Part shown: positions 37,801 to 48,991 of the stretch, one piece after another
Numbering within the stretch: position 1 is the first letter of the stretch
Layout of the letters: every line of letters starts with the position of its first letter
Source: Zygnema circumcarinatum SAG 698-1b
Taxonomy: Eukaryota > Plantae > Zygnematophyceae
Length of the DNA stretch: 64,000 nt
Assembly: GCA_037447605.1 (NCBI GenBank)
Contig: CM074814.1
Location: forward strand, 2,542,001 to 2,606,000
Direction of reading: 5' to 3'
Made by a program: the position numbers and the translations under genes
The notes under the pieces: generated by a model
Database searches by the model: none
What the model was told of the DNA's origin: nothing
What the model saw: only the letters and a program-made list of their open reading frames with translations

Positions 37801-38998
37801 AATTAAAATACAAGTATCTGCCAGAAAATGAAAAAAAAAAGGCACTGAATAAACATGCTGCCACGACTATTATTCCTACCACCGGCATTCCTCTGTCTGG
37901 CGTTCCTATCACTTTCATTTCAGATTCATGGGGAAAATACTTACAAGTACTGCAGATTCGCAAGGTTGCCGATAGAATCGGGGATAGACCCCGATAGGGC
38001 ATTATAACCCAAGTATCTGCAAACAATAAAGAAAAAGGGCTTCACGAGTCTGACCGATATTTCTAGCAAAATTCAAAACTCAAGTGGAAAGAATGCTCAA
38101 GTGAGCGCGAGGAACGAAGTTCAGCAACTGCAATGCACCACGTAAATGTGACATGGCATATTGAACTTGAAGCGTGCGCATGTGCAGCCGAGCCAGGACG
38201 CGAACACGCATTGCTCGCGAGGCCGCTTAGTGGTTTAGTGCTTCGTCTAATTAAGCATGTCCCAACGTCTGAGCCCTCCTTATTAATGTGAACGCGCAAA
38301 CATGCATGGAACGCATCCTTAAAGAAGGGTGTCACTCACAAATATGTCAACTTTGTCAGGTTACCGATGGCAGGTGAAATGGTTCCTCCAAAATATTTGC
38401 CCACTAAAAATCTGCATTAGGCAGGCTAGCAGTGAGAGCGTCAGAAGAAGAAAGGGCCGCGGGCAGTAGAAGGACAACTCCGGGCGGCCCTTTTTAGCCG
38501 CTTTCTGAGGAGGCTTCTTCCCGCAGACCCTCCCTCGCAGCCTCGGCCTGCAGTTCAGTAGCTATGGAATCCGCAGAGTCTCCGAAATCACAAACGGTGT
38601 TCAGTCAATGTTTGGCTCACATTTCAGTAACGCGACCGCTTGCGTCGCATGTGATCCCAAGCCAGTTGCTGCAGTCGCGGTTCCTCGCTGTCCAGGAGGT
38701 GAGCTGTGATGCGTTGTTGAATGCCGCTTTGACAGCGAGAAGAGCGTCCCCTGCGCCCAAGCGCGAGCAGATGCAGGATTGGATTGAGGCTGCAGTCCGC
38801 TTCAAAAAGCACAAACAGAGGCCACGAGCGGGCAGTCCGCCTCTCCCCTTCTATAGAAGGCGGGCGGGCGGGCCGCGGCGGCTCACTGTCTCGCGGGTCC
38901 ATGGCCGCAGCCGCGGCTTCGCGCGGGACGGCGGCGGTGGCAAAGAGAAGGACCGCCGCCGCGAGAGGGAGAGACAGCGCGCGCGCCATCGCTGCCAA
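33715..38998 (-). CDS. Secreted leucine-rich-repeat protein: signal peptide, LRRNT, 10 single-LRR 72-nt exons, a Cys-rich/EGF-like module and a Pro-rich tail
   Basis: Exons (minus strand): 38998-38887, 38750-38621 (DALLAVKAAF..LTSW..DCSNWLGITCD..GRVT), the 72-nt exons 38016-37945, 37817-37746, 37618-37547, 37420-37349, 36457-36386, 36266-36195, 36079-36008, 35886-35815, 35682-35611 and 35443-35372 (plant LRR consensus LxLxxNxLxGxIPxxIGNLxxL), 34755-34412 (two LRRs plus CGGRGTCGYGTATCTCDKGY) and a last exon from 33852. The 3' end is uncertain (stop at 33800 or 33715). Confidence 0.88.
36498..37251. mobile_element. About 750-bp insertion in an LRR intron, solo-LTR-like
   Basis: It interrupts the otherwise conserved intron motif GGGCACTGAATAAAC|ATGCTGCCACGAC. 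Termini are TGTA...TACA with an internal GTATAAAT. No clean TSD was found. Confidence 0.55.
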
Positions 38999-39005
38999 TC
39001 AGGAG

Positions 39006-39215
39006 GGTAAGGTTCAGGGCCGGAGGGAGGTCAGGGGGGAGGGGGTAGGGGTAGGGTTCAGGGCCGGAGGGAGGTCAGGGGGGAGGGGGTAGGGGTAGGG
39101 TTCAGGGCCGGAGGGAGGTCAGGGGGGAGGGGGTAGGGGTAAGGTTCAGGGCCGGAGGGAGGTCAGGGGGGAGGGGGTAGGGGTAGGGTTCAGGGCCGGA
39201 GGGAGGTGAGGGGGG
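39006..39215. repeat. 44-bp G-rich minisatellite, about 5 copies
   Basis: GGTTCAGGGCCGGAGGGAGGTCAGGGGGGAGGGGGTAGGGGTA(G/A) recurs at 39011, 39055, 39099, 39143 and 39187, directly upstream of the LRR start codon. Confidence 0.9.
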
Positions 39216-40508
39216 AGGAATGGAGGATGCGATAAGAGAGACGCCATGGCTTTCGGGGGGCCACGCGGCACGCCTTCATTGGCTGTTCGGAATTTCGAGA
39301 AATTTGCGGCGCGAACCGACTGCGACCATCCTCAAAAATATGATTTTAGCGCTGCAAGCCGCTTTTTATCACGTCACGTACCGTATACCGTAAAACCGAA
39401 CAGGTTGAAAAAAAAAAGAAATTAAGGATTTTGGCTTCTCAAAAGAAAAACCTTTCAAAACCAGTTTCTCCAAAAAAAAACCCTATATTTGTGAACACGA
39501 TTCATTTTGAAAAATGAGGAATGAATTCCTATTTTTTTTTTTCAATGCATTTTTTAAGAAGAACCAATTGAACATTGAACAATTGATTATCGTTCGTGTT
39601 CAATTTGAGTTTTCTTTGGGTCCACTAATCAACAATGAGATTTTAGCGGATCGCATAGCGCGTGGACCCCGGAGGTTGGTACAGAAATTGTTGATCTGAT
39701 CGCGTGACGAGTCGTACGGCAAAACTGGGGCCCGGGTTAACCTGATCCCTCGAATCGCACGGAACCAACGTGGCAGAAAGTGGAATCCACACATGCGACC
39801 GAACCAATTGAGTCTTTGAACTTTTCTTTTTCAAGTGCTCGCTTTTTTAAATCGAAAAAGTTTCGTCCTCGAGTTTTCAAAGTTCGACTCTCAATAAAAA
39901 TTTAGAATTGAGAAATTAAGTAAACTCGTTTCAATTTCTCAACGTGTTCGGTTTTACGGGTATTCGTTCTGTACGTCATCGGTTTATCCCGTAGCGGATT
40001 TTGTCGTTTTGTCCACGCATTCGTGCTGCTTACCGCCCAACTGGATGTACGGAAGGTGGCAGAATTCGTCCTGTAATGAGAAAAGTCCACATGTCCATAA
40101 GACTGCGTTGTCGTTAGCGCAACGTGGATCCCGACGTGGTATCGAGTTTCCTGTTCGGTTCAGTACCGTTAAACTGAACGCTTCACGGAGGGAGGAGGTG
40201 ATGCGTCCTTTATCGGGAATTCGGGACCAATGACCAGGAGATTGGAACCAAATTAGCCAACCCACCAACCATTGCATTGCCAACCATTCAATGCAATGGT
40301 TGTCTGGTTTTCTACAAACTAATTGCCGCAACCATTGGCAATAGACAACCATTGGTTCCAATGCTTGGCACCCACTAGCAACCAGTTGTTGGTTCAGCTG
40401 CTGGCTCAGTAAAGATTGAAGAATTTGAAGACTGTTGACCGAAAGTCAACCGCGTTGACCAGGAAGTGCTGCAGGCGGGCGTGAAGGAGCGGCTCGCGCA
40501 GGTTCGAA

Positions 40509-40824
40509 CCCTCTCTCGAATTATTTGGAGGATAAACCTTCCGCTTTGGTTTCCAGTTTCTGGTTTCTAGGTTGTACCCGAATAGGTAAATAGGGTATAC
40601 TGATGTAATCTGAATTACCCGCTAAACGCCGAAACGTGACACGACACTCCGCGCTTCTGCTTCTGCCGCCGAGGAAAAGTACCTTCTAGGAACCTTCCTT
40701 TCCTTTCACATGGAGGGACCGCAAAACGGTGATGCACGGAACTGTAACTACGCGGGACTGTTAGAACACTGTAACTGAACGAGATTCCGTTCCATGTGGC
40801 AGGTCGCTGATTTACGGCGCCTGT
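40509..40824 (+). repeat. About 315-bp dispersed repeat, copy 2 (upstream of the GT37 gene)
   Basis: Direct copy of 27573-27885. Confidence 0.9.
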
Positions 40825-41134
40825 TGCAGGCGGTATTACATACGATCTATGTAGAGGCGCGTTATTCATGACGGAGAACGGGGGTGCAAACTGCGTGTTC
40901 AAATCTGTGGCAGAGCGTTCAGTCAGGTTGTGAGCTCTCTGGATATATGATCAGCTGCTGATAGGTAATTCTCTTTCCTCCCCTCCGCCTTGGCCGTCTC
41001 CACTTCTCTGGAAAGTTCCTAAACCCTAATTCTGCGGTGCTGGAGCCTGTGCTTCTGAACCCTAAATCTTGCCCTTGAAACCCTAATTTTCAGGCCCTAA
41101 ACTTAGAGCCGTCGGAAGAGAGCGGAGGCTGCAA

Positions 41135-43912
41135 ATGGAGAGGAGGCAGGGCGGAGCCGGCCAGCTGGCGAGCCTGCTGCTGCTGGCGCTGCTGGGCAGT
41201 GCCACGTGGCAGACTATGGCGCAGCAGGAGAATGATGAAGGTCTCTCCTCTCTCTCTCACTCTCTCTCTCTCGCGCGCGCTCTCTCTCCCCCATTCTCCT
41301 TCGTCCTCGTCCTCTCCTTGCCTCCTTCACAAGCCTCTTCCTCCTCCCTCTCACTCCCTTCCCCCTCCCTCCTCCCTCTCCTTCTCTCCCCTCCTCCGCT
41401 CCCACTCCCACTCACTCCCACTCTCTCTCCCACTCTCACTCTCACTCCCACTCCCACTCATTCCCACTCTCTCTCCCACTCTCACTCCCACTCCCACTCA
41501 CTCCCACTCTCTCTCCCACTCTCACTCCCACTCTTACTCACTCCCACACTCTCTCCCACTCACTCTCACTCTCACTCCCACTCCCACTCCCACTCCCACT
41601 CCCACTCCCACACTCTCTCCCACTCTCACTCTCACTCCCACTCCCACTCACTCCCACTCTCTCTACCACTCTCACTCTCACTCCCACTCGCTCCCACTCT
41701 CTCTCCCACTCTCACTCTCACTCCCACTCCCACTCACTCCCACTCTCTCTACCACTCTCACTCTCACTCCCACTCGCTCCCACTATCTCTCCCACTCTCA
41801 CTCTCACTCCCACTCCCACTCACTCCCACACTCACTCCCACTCTCTCTCCCACTCTCACTCCCACTCTTACTCACTCCCACACTCTCTCCCACTCACTCT
41901 CACTCCCACTCCCACTCCCACTCCCACTCCCACACTTTCTCCCACTCTCACTCCCACTCCCACTCACTCCCACTCTCTCTACCACTCTCACTCTCACTCC
42001 CACTCGCTCCCACTCTCTCTCCCACTCTCACTCTCGCTCCCACTCTCTCTCCCACTCTCACTCTCACTCCCACTTCCACTCACTCCCACACTCTCTCCCA
42101 CTCTCACTCTCACTCCCACTTCCACTCCCACTCACTCCCACTCTCTCTCCCACTCTCTCTTCCACTCCCTCTCCCCCCCTCCCGTCCTACCCCGCTTCAT
42201 CCCGACTCCATAAACCGGGTTTGATGCGAGAAACTTACCCTTCATTCCCCCCCTCCCCCCCACCCCATTTCCTTCCCCTCTCTTTCAGCGCCCTCATCCA
42301 AAGCCTCCGACTCCTCTCTCTCATACCGCTCCAAAATGCGCCATTCACGAATTCCCAGTTTGCGCCCTCCGAATTTTTTCCGTCCTGAATGTAAAGCTCA
42401 AGAAGAGCAGTTCCATTTCTGGAACACCTTCGACCTTGAACCCTCTCCCGCCCTTCAAGAAGCGATTCGAAAATATGAAAAATTTCACGCCGACTGCCGC
42501 GCTCAAGAAGGCAATCTTGCAGAAGCCATAGCCCAGAAAAGGGAGCTTCCCTGCAAATACTCCATTTGGATTGCTACTTATGATGGGCTTGGGAACCGCT
42601 TCCTCTCAGCAGCTGCAGCTCTGACCTATTCTATGCTTACAAATAGAGTCCTTTTAGTGGATAGAAGATGGGAGATAGAGAACTTTCTATGTGAGCCTTT
42701 CCCTTACTCTTCGTGGCTGCTTCCAAAAGGTATTGATACTTCAAAAATGCAGCGAAATCTCGACCGCATGGGGGCCTTCACTGCTTCAGCTGCAGCTGCA
42801 AGGTCTCGGAATTTGACTGCAGACATTCCTTATGCAATTCTAGCAGACATAAATCACGCAATGGAGTCAGATATGACAGTGTTCTGTCCTACGGAACTGA
42901 ACGGAATCAACCAAATTCCTGTCATGTTGATCAGATCGAACATGTACTTCATCGTGGGGTTGTATTATGATGATCATTACAGGGAAATTTTAGAGAAGTG
43001 GTTTCCCGATCGAGTTTCCTTTACGCATATAGCACGGTATCTTTTCAGTCCCGTTGACCATATTTGGGCAAAGATGATGGCTTACTGGCATGCGAACATG
43101 GAACCGGCGGAACGGAAACTGGGGATCCATGTGCGAATTTTTGAGCATCCGTGGCGGAGGGAGAAGAGTCACCGCCTCTTTCAGTGTGTGAAGGAACGCG
43201 GATTTTTGCCGTTAAAAAATTCGAGCAATTCAGGGAAGAAGACTGCCTGTTTGATGGCTTCTCTTCGGAAGGAATTTTTTGTGCATTTGATGGAAAATTT
43301 TCAGTCGGATGAAATCGACAACGAGTTAATCAGCATCTCCAAGGCCAGCGATGCGGTACGTTATAATTCTATGAAATAATTGTGATTTACTTTATGTATT
43401 TCTCTTTTTTTTGCTTTATTTTGTACCTAGAAACAAGCAGCTGGCTAAGTAACAGACCCCAAAAGTTCTGCCTTATGGGTATGCATGCAGTTTCCGTTCC
43501 AGTTCCGTTCTGTTGCATTCACATGGAACCGTTTCCCCTTTGCATGCAGGAAGTTCAACTGTTTGAGAAAGCCGACCACAACCAGGAAGTGATGATCGAA
43601 ATTTGGTTACTTAGTTTTTGTGACAATCTTGTCATGAGTCCCGGATCGACTTTTGGGTACACTGCAATTGGACTCCGCGGAAGAGATACAATTTTTCTGA
43701 ATGGGCTTTTTCACAATAGTGATGATCCATGGGAGAAATCCGTTTGCTATAACGGATTTGTTGAGCCCTGTTACCATTCGCCCCCATGGAAGGTCACATG
43801 TGCCGACGATCCTCCGTTTGAAAATCCGTGGGGCATGCGTCCAGGAGTGGTGGTACAGTGTCATGATTACCCTCGAGGAGTCCGCCTTGACTTTCCACAA
43901 AGGATGACGTAA
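41135..43912 (+). CDS. FUT: Glycosyltransferase family 37 alpha-1,2-fucosyltransferase (xyloglucan FUT1/AGP FUT-like), 3 exons
   Basis: Exons 41135-41240, 42289-43355 and 43550-43912 are in frame. N-terminal anchor, then [86 protein letters not shown] and EPCYHSPP. Confidence 0.92.
41395..42165. repeat. Degenerate (CTCCCA/CTCTCA)n array in FUT intron 1
   Basis: About 770 bp of CACTCT/CTCCCA units between the GT donor at 41241 and the AG acceptor at 42288. Confidence 0.9.
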
Positions 43913-44643
43913 TGGTTGACTTCTGAGGGGTGGTATGTTACCATGGAGATGATGTCATCAACGCAGGTGATGTTTCTAATGTGGATGATGTCACCGATGT
44001 GGGTGATGTCACCGATGTGCATGCTGTGTGATGAATGCATGCTTTTTGAGTGGTGGTAGGAAGGGGAGCGTTACAGAGAGGTAAGTTTCAGGTCGGATAG
44101 GTTTAGACATTGAAATTGAACTGCTGGGAAATTCTTTTCGGGTTTTAGGGCTTTTGGACATCATTTTTTTGTGTCACGTCTTTTCTTTAGACATTTGGGA
44201 ATTTATCATGCTTACTGCAGCTCCACTGTGAAAGTGAATTCATCGAACGCCTGTAGTGTCCAAGTTAGGAGAGTGAGAGTAGCAAGAGGGAGAGAGGCAA
44301 GAAAGGCGTGTGGGAGTGGGGAGGTTGGACCGTGGGAGAGGATAAGGGGGCAGGGGAGAGAGTGAGACAGGAGAGGGAGGGTAGGTTGCATGGAGGGATT
44401 AGATGGAAAGGCAGTGAACGCCGTATGAATTGCAATTGATTTTTTTTTCAATAAAGAATATTCATTTTTTTGTCCAAATGAAATACCTTACTCTATGCCC
44501 TCCTTGATGCTGCTTGAAGCCATTCATTGGCAGACAACAGTAAGCCCCATCACCGACCTTGATTTATAATCCAAAGCAGAGGGAGAGACACAGGGATGGG
44601 GGGTCTTGATTCATAATTTAAGGGAGAGGGAGAGGCAGAAGGA

Positions 44644-44653
44644 NNNNNNNNNN
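44644..44653. other. Assembly gap (10 N) within a GA-rich tract
   Basis: Run of N. Confidence 1.
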
Positions 44654-45146
44654 GGGGAGAGAGGGAGGGGAGAGAGGGAGGGGCCTTGAGGGAGGGGGCT
44701 AGAGGGGCGAGAGGGGGCGAGAGGGGGCGAGAGGGGGCGAGAGGGAGGGGGAGAGAGGGAGGGGGAGAGTGGGAGAGGGGGAGAGAGGGGGAAATTTGCA
44801 GCGGGGGAAGAGCGGGAGTGCGAGAGGGAGAGGGAGAGGGAGCAGAAGTGAGAGGGGAAACAATAGGGAGAGGGAACGGGAGCCAATGGGGGAGAGAAGA
44901 GGTGCAGGGAGCAGGAGCGGGAATTCGAGAGTGAGCGGCAGCGGGAGAGGGAGTGGGCGGAGTGGGAGAAGAAGTGGGAGAGGGGTTGAAACCGGGACAG
45001 GGAGCAGGAGCCACGAACAGAGTGGGAGCAGAGCAGGACATAAACCCAGTGAGGAGTATAGAGAGAGGAGACATAGACGTCTCCTCTCTCTCGCCCTCTC
45101 CTCTTGCTCACTCTCGCTCTCTCTCCTCCCTCTCTCCCTCTCTCCT

Positions 45147-47024
45147 CTATCCACTCTTGCCCTCCCTTGCCTTCACGAACGCCGCCAACCTCTCCATGGC
45201 CTCCATCACTACCTCCTCGTTCACACTTGCAAAGCAAACCCTAAAAAACCCAAACTCAGAGCTTCTGCATGTCTGCCCGGGACTCACATTCACCTTCGCC
45301 TCCTTTATAAGCTCCCAAAAAAGCTCTTCCTCTGCCTCCCTATCGTCACGTCGCAGAAGATGGCGAAAATCCGCCCACACAAACAAACCCGCATTATTCG
45401 GAGCACAATTTATTCCCATTTTTTTGAAGCTTTGAACCACAAATTCACTCCTTTTGGCGAGCCTTTTGCGATTCTCTCTCAGGTAGCTCTCGATGAAGTG
45501 AGAGTCGGAAAGGAGAGGTAGAAGGAACGTTTGAGTTTCCGTTGAAGGAGCATAGAAACGGCACATCCGTCCGAGGGCTTCCGTTAAGTGGGGGTTTAAG
45601 GAGTAGCAGATACCTAAACGGAAGCCGGGAATGCCTAAGTCCTGGAGAAAGGAAGAGGGAAAGTGTAAAAGTAAGGGATTTGAAGGGAGAGGGAGAGTGT
45701 AAAAGTAAGGGATTTGAAGGGAGAGGGAGAGTGTAAAAGTAAGGGATTTGAAGGGAGAGGGAGAGTGTAAAAGTAAGGGATTTGAAGGGAGAGGGAAAGT
45801 GTAAAAGTAAGGGATTTGAAGGGAGAGGGAAAGTGTAAAAGTAAGGGATTTGAAGGGAGAGGGAAAGTGTAAAGGTAAGGGATTTGAAGGGAGAGGGAAA
45901 GTGTAAAGGTAAGGGATTTGAAGGGAGAGGGAAAGTGTAAAAGTAAGGGATTTGAAGGAAGAGGGAAAGTGTAAAAGTAAGGGATTTGAAGGGAGAAAGA
46001 CGCAAGTTATGGAGACATATGTCTTTATGGGAGGGGAGGGGAGAGAGGGTGAGGGAGTGGAGAGGTTGAGAGTGGAGCCTGGCAGAAAAGAGTTGAGTAG
46101 TAGGGAATGCTTGAGGGAGTCTGGTAATGTAAAAAAATCTGTTAGTGGAGTGACCGAGAGAGAAATGAGGGAGGTGAGGAGGGAAGGGAGAAGTGGAGAG
46201 CAGTGGATGTGATCGGGAGAGGAGGGGAGGAAAGGGGGATGGGTTTGGAGGGAGAGGGGGAGAGGAGAGTGAGCGGGAAGGAGAGATTCAGGGGGAGGAG
46301 AAGAGCGGAGAATACAGGGGGGCGGAGAGGTGGGGGGGGGGAAGGGAGGAAGGGTGGCGAATGGGAGGTGAGAGTAGAGGGAAGGGAGAGGGAAGGAGTG
46401 AAATAGGGAGGGATTTAAGGGCTGCTTACTTTGGCTAAACCATAAAGAACATGAACGAAGGGCTCATCCTCGGTCTCCATGAGGTCTAGAACGGAAATAA
46501 ATTCAGGGGGAGCATAAACGGACCCTGCATAGATCTCGTCTGAAATAAGATGAATTTGTCGATCTCTGACAGAAAAAAAAAAGGGTGGGTAACGTTAGGT
46601 CAAGCCTATGGAGCTGCATTCCGTTGAAAAGCTTACTTTTTGAAAAAAAATACTTTGAGGGGTTGAAAATGTGAAAATTCTGGACAAACTGAAAGTAAAA
46701 AAAAAAGGGGGAAATTACGCACCGGCAAAAAACAAGCACTGCTTTTAGCGACGAGGGTGAAAATGTTTTTCCGAGCGGATTTGAAGGAGACGTGATCAAA
46801 ACTGCCCGAACTTTTTTCCCTGCATGCACAGCACTGTCATAAGCCGCTTCCAGTGCTTTCACCGAAAGATCAAAATTTTCTGCGCTGCCCGAAAATGCGG
46901 GATAAATTTCAACCTCGGACCGAGCGCCAATGTCTACATCAAACCTGCATTTCAAATTCCCGAATCCGTAGACAGGAGGCTGAGCAGGGTTGGATATAAA
47001 GGGGGGTTTGTGTGTGTGTGTGAG

Positions 47025-47076
<52 letters not shown>

Positions 47077-48991
47077 GAGAGAGAGAGTGAGCAAAACACC
47101 ATTACGAAGCTCACTCACCCACTTATTTCATCAAACAGTGCGTCTGACAATAAAAAACAGTCTGTCATGCAAGTTTTTAAATTCCACACTCCCTCCGAGC
47201 CTCTAATTCATCTATATACCGATGTATATACACATACATCAAAACATCTTCAAAATTCATCCTTTAAACTATCTATATATATACATATATGCGCCCCTCC
47301 CTCCCTGTAGCTTGTAGCTTGTACGGCCTACCCCGGGTAGTAGGGCGCGGGCAGCAGTACGGCCTCCCCCGGGTCCGCGAGACACCACGCGAGCATCTCC
47401 GTCATCGCGGTGGCCCCCGCGCAGGCCGCCACGCGGCGCCCCTCCAATGGGCGCGCCGTGTTCAGGGCGGTCGACATGAACCGCGCCGCCGCCTGCCATG
47501 CACGCGCATGCACGCATGCATGCATCGCTAGGAGGGACAGTTGTTGAACATGAATGAATGACATGAGACCGTGGGGGACAATGTCCGAGACAAGTCTACA
47601 AGCAGGTTTTCTTGTAAGGGATACTGCTAGATCATATCTGGGAAGCTATTCACACACCTTTTTTGGCTAGATAGACACCCTTTTTCGCCGTTCAGATTTA
47701 TAGGGTTTTTATTTAGCCAAAAAGGTGTGTATCTAGCCAAAAAAAAGTGTACAAATAATAGATTCCAATCATATATATATATATATATATAAAATCATGC
47801 GATACAGTCAGTACAGGGCCCTCCCTGCTCACCTCTCTGAAGCTTTGCATCCCTCTGAATTCGAAGTAGCCTGCATAGTCCTTGAGCGCCCTCCCTCTGT
47901 TGGATTCCAGCTTCTGCTCCAACAGGTCATACGATAACTGCACAACAAGGAGACTGTTTTGAATTGGCTGGAAACTAGTTGTTGGAAGTATTCAAGTGTC
48001 GTCGATTGGGAGAGGGAGAGGGAGAGGGAGAGGGAGAGGGAGAGGGAGAGGGAGAGGGAGAGGGAGAGGGAAAGAGAGAGGGAGAGGGAGAGGGAGAGGA
48101 GAGGGAGAGGGAGAGGAGAGGGAAAGAGAGAGGGAGAGGGAGAGGGAGAGGGAGAGGGAGAGGGAGAGGGAGAGGGAGAGGGAGAGGGAGAGAGGGAGAG
48201 GGAGAGGAGAGGGAGAGGGAGAGGGAGAGGGAGAGGGAGAGGGAGAGGAGAGGGAAAGAGAGAGGAGAGGGAGAGGGAGGGAGAGGGAGAGGGAGAGGGA
48301 AAGAGAGAGGGAGAGGGAGAGGGAGAGGGAGAGGGAGAGGGAGAGGAGAGGGAGAGGGAGAGGGAGAGGAGAGGGAGAGGAGAGGGAGAGGGAGAGGGAG
48401 GGAGAGGGAGAGGGAGAGAGAGAGGGAAAGGGAGAGGGAGAGGGAGAGGGAGAGGGAGAGGGACTCAAGGTTGCGAGTAAGAGTGCGCTATGAGTAATAC
48501 TTTTGCAACTTTCCATTTTGGAAATTGAAGGCGGCTCGAAGGTTCGGGGACGTGTGTTGGTTCAGTTAATCGAGCTTTTAGGGTTGAAGGGTATTAGGGC
48601 TTCAAGGGCTTTAGGCTATAGGCTTTAGGGTTTTCAGTGTTTTAGAGTGCTGAAGGTTTCAAGGGTTTTCAGGCTTCTTCTCCTTCTTATTATTATGAAT
48701 AGTATTAAGTATTAAATATTATGTATTAAAACATCAGTTCTCTTTTCTTTCTTTACCAAAAAATTTGTAAGAAAATTTATACCTTATTTACTTAATCATT
48801 ACCATTTTCCATATTATTATTATTATTAAAATTATGACCTGGTTGTCCGCCAGCCCCATCTGAATGCAGCCCCCATTGTTGCCCTCCGCGTGGTACTCGT
48901 TCTGAGCGACCGCCTCCCAGCCGCGGTAGTACAGGGACCGCTCCATGGCCGCCATGGCGTCCCCGCGCAGGGACAGCTGGCCGCCGGCCAT
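45147..48991 (-). CDS. ACS-like: ACC synthase-like PLP-dependent enzyme (class I/II aminotransferase fold), 6 exons
   Basis: Exons 48991-48839, 47937-47833, 47492-47332, 46944-46723, 46565-46430 and 45641-45147 are in frame. Boxes: [69 protein letters not shown] (PLP Lys), [23 protein letters not shown]. Confidence 0.92.
45661..45995. repeat. 34-bp minisatellite, about 10 copies, in the last ACS-like intron
   Basis: Unit AGTGTAAAAGTAAGGGATTTGAAGGGAGAGGG(A/G)A, with starts at 45662, 45696 and onward. Confidence 0.92.
48008..48462. repeat. (GAGAGG)n polypurine tract in ACS-like intron 1
   Basis: Directly visible. Confidence 0.95.

Noticed and set aside
35540-38040. Repeat-spacer-like periodic array that superficially resembles a CRISPR array
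   Set aside because: The units are about 200 bp, the variable parts are 72-nt LRR exons with GT-AG boundaries, the host is eukaryotic, and no cas genes are present.
41135-42388. 417-aa and 341-aa His/Ser/Pro/Leu/Thr-rich ORFs
   Set aside because: They are read-through of the (CTCCCA)n intron 1 of the GT37 gene; proper splice sites at 41241 and 42288 give an in-frame fucosyltransferase.
44550-45521. Pro/Ser- and Arg/Gly-rich ORFs downstream of and antisense to the ACS-like gene
   Set aside because: Low-complexity GA tracts with an N gap, or antisense to the ACS-like last exon; no domain motifs.
45445-46005. 186-aa ORF with 34-aa periodicity
   Set aside because: It is an artefact of the 34-bp intronic minisatellite.
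47959-48516. Several 165-174-aa RE/GE/RG/LS-repeat ORFs
   Set aside because: They are translations of the (GAGAGG)n tract in ACS-like intron 1.
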